From Candidatus Omnitrophota bacterium (GTDB taxonomy: Bacteria > Omnitrophota > Gorgyraeia > JABMRG01), in contig JAQUQI010000003.1 in the NCBI GenBank assembly GCA_028716165.1, forward strand, positions 55,966 through 119,965: a DNA stretch of 64,000 bases, given 5' to 3'. This document shows positions 61,095 to 64,000 of the stretch, in pieces. Made by a program: the position numbers and the translations under genes. The notes below the pieces were generated by a model. That model worked only from the letters and a program-made list of their open reading frames with translations. It searched no databases and had not been told where the DNA came from. How positions within the stretch are numbered: position 1 is the first letter of the stretch; each line of letters starts with the position of its first letter.

Positions 61095-62120
61095 ATGAAA
61101 ACCGCCAAAATCCCCACGCGCGGGGCAAAAGAAAAAGACAAACGTTTATTAAGCGGAATGAGGCCGACAGGGCCCATGCACCTGGGCCATCTATTCGGCG
61201 TGCTGGAAAACTGGAACACGCTTCAGCAAAGTTATGATTGTTTTTTTATGATAGCCGATTGGCACGCTTTGATGAGCGAATATCAGGACCCGTCTAAAAT
61301 ATCGCCGTCAATTATTGAAATGGCCGCCGACTGGTTTGCCGCCGGCATAGACCCTGCCCGATCGTCTGTCTTTGTGCAGTCTAAGGTAAAGGAACACCTT
61401 GATTTTTTTATGATATTTTCCGCCATGACGCCCCTATCGTGGCTTGAAAGATGCCCTACTTATAAAGAGCAGTTGAGGCAGATAAAAGGAAGAGACCTTA
61501 CCACTTATGGTTTTCTCGGATATCCGGTTCTCCAGGCCGCGGATATCTTAGCGTATGCGGCCGGCGTCGTGCCTATAGGATTAGACCAGATGCCGCATTT
61601 GGAGCTGACAAGAGAGATAGCAAGGCGTTTTAACGGTATGTATGAGCAGGTATTTCCTGAGCCGGAAGCCCTGCTGACGCATACTCCTAAATTCCTCGGC
61701 ACGGACAACAGGAAGATGAGTAAAAGTTATGATAATTTTATTTCTCTCGGCGATTCGGACGATTCCATAGCGCGCAAAGTTTCTTCTATGATTACGGACC
61801 CTGAAAGGGTCAGGTTCTCCGACAAGGGCAGGCCCGGGGTGTGTAATGTGTTTAATTATTTTAAATTTATCTCAAGAGGCATGGAATCCGATGTCAGGGC
61901 CTGGTGCGAAAACGCGACAACGGGATGCACGGTCTGCAAGAAAAAATTATCCGATATCGTTATAGAATTTATCAGGCCGCACAGGCGCAGGCGCGAGGGT
62001 TTTCTAAAAGACAAGTCCTATATTGAAAACGCGCTGGCTGAAGGGGCCCGTAAAGCGTCCGATATAACCGCCCGGACGCTTCAAAAAACGCTCAAGGCCA
62101 TGAAATTATATGACGTATAA
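61095..62120 (+). CDS. trpS: tryptophanyl-tRNA synthetase
   Basis: Class I HIGH-type motif (GPMHLGH) and KMSKS (KMSKS present as RKMSKSY). Confidence 0.9.
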   Translation: MKTAKIPTRGAKEKDKRLLSGMRPTGPMHLGHLFGVLENWNTLQQSYDCFFMIADWHALMSEYQDPSKISPSIIEMAADWFAAGIDPARSSVFVQSKVKEHLDFFMIFSAMTPLSWLERCPTYKEQLRQIKGRDLTTYGFLGYPVLQAADILAYAAGVVPIGLDQMPHLELTREIARRFNGMYEQVFPEPEALLTHTPKFLGTDNRKMSKSYDNFISLGDSDDSIARKVSSMITDPERVRFSDKGRPGVCNVFNYFKFISRGMESDVRAWCENATTGCTVCKKKLSDIVIEFIRPHRRRREGFLKDKSYIENALAEGARKASDITARTLQKTLKAMKLYDV

Positions 62121-62916
62121 AGTAAAGCTTGAGATATTTGAAGGCCCTCTTGACCTGTTGTTCTATCTGATAAAAAAAGACGAGCTGAATATCCATGATA
62201 TACCTATATTAAGCGTCACGGAACAATATCTTCAATATCTTGAGTTGATGCGCATGCTGGATTTGGATATCGCGGGCGAATTTCTGGTGATGGCAGCCAC
62301 TCTTATACATATAAAAAGCAAGATGCTGCTTCCTCCGGATGCTGAAGAAGCTGAAAAAGAAGAAGAGGATCCGAGAGAAGAGCTTGTAAAGAAATTATTG
62401 GAATACAAGAAGTTTAGAGAAGCCGCTGAAGCGTTAAAGGAAAGAGAGCACAGGCAAAAAGAAATATTCCCGCGGTCGGGCGCGCAGGACATTCCCGAAG
62501 ACGGCATGGAAGGCGTCCAGGCGCCGTGTTTTGAAGCAAGCATTTTTGACCTTCTTTCGGCTTTTTCCAAGGTCTTAAAGGAAATACCGAGGGACAAGTT
62601 CTACGAAGTTGTCAAGGACGAGGTGACTGTAGCAGATAAGATTCATGATATATTTCACATGCTTCTCAAGACCCCTGTTATTTATTTTTTTGATCTTTTT
62701 AAACAGTCAAAAACCAAGGTACACGTGGTAGCCACGTTTCTTGCCCTGCTTGAACTGATAAGGATGAAAGAAGTCGCGATAAAGCAGGACGGGATATTCG
62801 GGGACATACGGATAATCAGAAATTCCACGAACATGGCGCCACCAAAAATTGAAGAGGCGGAAAATGCAGGAAGAGAAGACCCTGGACAGGAAGGACCGGC
62901 CGGCTCCGGAGAATGA
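62110..62916 (+). CDS. scpA: segregation and condensation protein A
   Basis: ScpA/kleisin N-terminal motif (FEGPLDLLFYLIKKDELNIHDIPI) and a C-terminal winged helix. Confidence 0.85.
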   Translation: MTYKVKLEIFEGPLDLLFYLIKKDELNIHDIPILSVTEQYLQYLELMRMLDLDIAGEFLVMAATLIHIKSKMLLPPDAEEAEKEEEDPREELVKKLLEYKKFREAAEALKEREHRQKEIFPRSGAQDIPEDGMEGVQAPCFEASIFDLLSAFSKVLKEIPRDKFYEVVKDEVTVADKIHDIFHMLLKTPVIYFFDLFKQSKTKVHVVATFLALLELIRMKEVAIKQDGIFGDIRIIRNSTNMAPPKIEEAENAGREDPGQEGPAGSGE

Positions 62917-63592
62917 TTTACCCCGCGCGGATACTGCCACAGGCCCGGAAGATATAAAATTAATGATGGGCGAAGATGAACTAAAAAAAGTCATTGAGGC
63001 TCTTATATTTGCCAGTGATAAACCCCTTGCCATCAAGCAAATAAAGGATATCGTAGGTGATGTTGATACCCGCCTGATAAGGAAGCTGGTCAACGATTTG
63101 AAACAGGAATTTGCCGCAACCGGCAGGAGTTTTAACATATGCGAGGTTGCCGGAGGTTTCCGTTTTATGACAGAACCAGCCTACGGAAGATGGCTTAAAA
63201 AGTTGTATAAGATAAAATTAAGCGACTATCTTACCGGCCCCAGCCTTGAGACTGTTGCCATTATCGCGTATCGTCAGCCTGTGGCAAAGACGGAGATAGA
63301 GTTTATCAGGGGGGTGGCCGTGGACGGAGTCATAAATAGCCTCCAGCAAAAAGGTTTTATAAAAGTTGTCGGAAAAAAGGATGTGGCCGGCAGGCCTTAT
63401 CTGTATGGAACGACTTCGCTTTTTTTGCAGTATTTCGGACTTAATTCCATAGATGAACTTCCCGCGCTTTCAGATTTCAAGGAGTCCGACCTTGAGTTTA
63501 ACAGGCCGCAGGCATTAGACGCTTCCGCGGCGCAGGAAAATACTCTTACGGGAGATGAAGATGATGCCAAAGATAAGGACATTGAGAAATAA
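62849..63592 (+). CDS. scpB: segregation and condensation protein B
   Basis: Tandem winged-helix ScpB pattern (IEALIFASDKPL…, GGFRFMT…, YRQPVAKTEIEFIRGV); the true start is probably an internal ATG near 62963, after the scpA stop. Confidence 0.8.
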   Translation: MKRRKMQEEKTLDRKDRPAPENDLPRADTATGPEDIKLMMGEDELKKVIEALIFASDKPLAIKQIKDIVGDVDTRLIRKLVNDLKQEFAATGRSFNICEVAGGFRFMTEPAYGRWLKKLYKIKLSDYLTGPSLETVAIIAYRQPVAKTEIEFIRGVAVDGVINSLQQKGFIKVVGKKDVAGRPYLYGTTSLFLQYFGLNSIDELPALSDFKESDLEFNRPQALDASAAQENTLTGDEDDAKDKDIEK

Positions 63593-64000
63593 TATAGACG
63601 GTATAGACGCGGAAATATTAAGGCTTTTAAACAGGCGTGCCCGGTTGACGCTTGAAATAGGGCATGTCAAGGAAAAAAAATCGCGCCCATTATTCTCCCC
63701 TGCCCGGGAATCTGACATATACAGCAGGCTTTTGAAATTGAACAAGGGCCCCATGAAAGAAGATTCGGTAAAGTCTATATTTTCCGAGATAATGTCGGCA
63801 TCATTATCATTGCAAGGACGTTTGAAGATAGCCTATCTTGGGCCGGCGGCCACTTTTACTCATATAGCAGCTCTTAAGAAATTCGGGAAATCATTGGAAT
63901 ACGCGGAGTGCGCCAGCATAGCGGATGTGTTTACCGAGGTTGAAAGGTCAAGGGCCGATTACGGTGTTGTGCCTATTGAAAATTCAACAGAAGGCGCCGT
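63564..64000 (+). CDS. pheA: chorismate mutase / prephenate dehydratase (P-protein), N-terminal part, 3' end cut by window edge
   Basis: Frame from ATG 63564 reads MPKIRTLRNNIDGIDAEILRLLNRRARLTLEIGHVKEKK (AroQ-type chorismate mutase helix), then KIAYLGPAATFTHIAA and YGVVPIENSTEG (prephenate dehydratase); open to the end of the window, so absent from the ORF track. Confidence 0.6.
   Translation, partial: MPKIRTLRNNIDGIDAEILRLLNRRARLTLEIGHVKEKKSRPLFSPARESDIYSRLLKLNKGPMKEDSVKSIFSEIMSASLSLQGRLKIAYLGPAATFTHIAALKKFGKSLEYAECASIADVFTEVERSRADYGVVPIENSTEGA

Overview
The window is a dense, entirely plus-strand array of about 64 co-directional bacterial genes with no minus-strand genes. Many neighbours show 4-8 bp start/stop overlaps, which suggests long polycistronic units. 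GC is moderate and the gene content indicates a Gram-negative (diderm) organism.

Gene content in order:
- ligA 3' end, a lipoprotein, an MBL-fold hydrolase and xerD.
- A short head-domain-only nucleotidyltransferase, then rbfA-nrnA-truB-ribF.
- An exact-consensus sigma70 promoter followed by ilvD-ilvB-ilvN-ilvC-leuA, then aroE-pilD-aroC-aroK.
- dprA-topA-xerC.
- A roughly 19 kb lipid A / Kdo / heptose / Lpt supercluster: waaA-lpxK-(LpxL::ELM1-like fusion)-(GT4::GT9 fusion)-GT4-GT9-GT9-[promoter]-hldE(kinase only)-kdsB-kdsA-GGDEF-pilT-kdsD-kdsC-lpxL-lptC/A-lptB-hpf.
- tig, clpP, a class V aminotransferase with serA, and a short HMGL-family synthase with a terminator-like hairpin in its leader.
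- purA, then a small block of uncharacterised envelope proteins that includes a 26-aa highly basic peptide ORF.
- uppS-cdsA-dxr-rseP-ispG-proS, a second consensus promoter, rimP-nusA-infB, trpS, scpA-scpB and the start of pheA.

No rRNA, tRNA, CRISPR array or mobile element was recognised. The most unusual items are the domain fusions and the GGDEF and PilT genes embedded in the LPS cluster, the three perfect TTGACA-N17-TATAAT promoters, a possible attenuator and the small basic peptide. Nothing here clearly amounts to a wholly new system; the proposals are graded accordingly.
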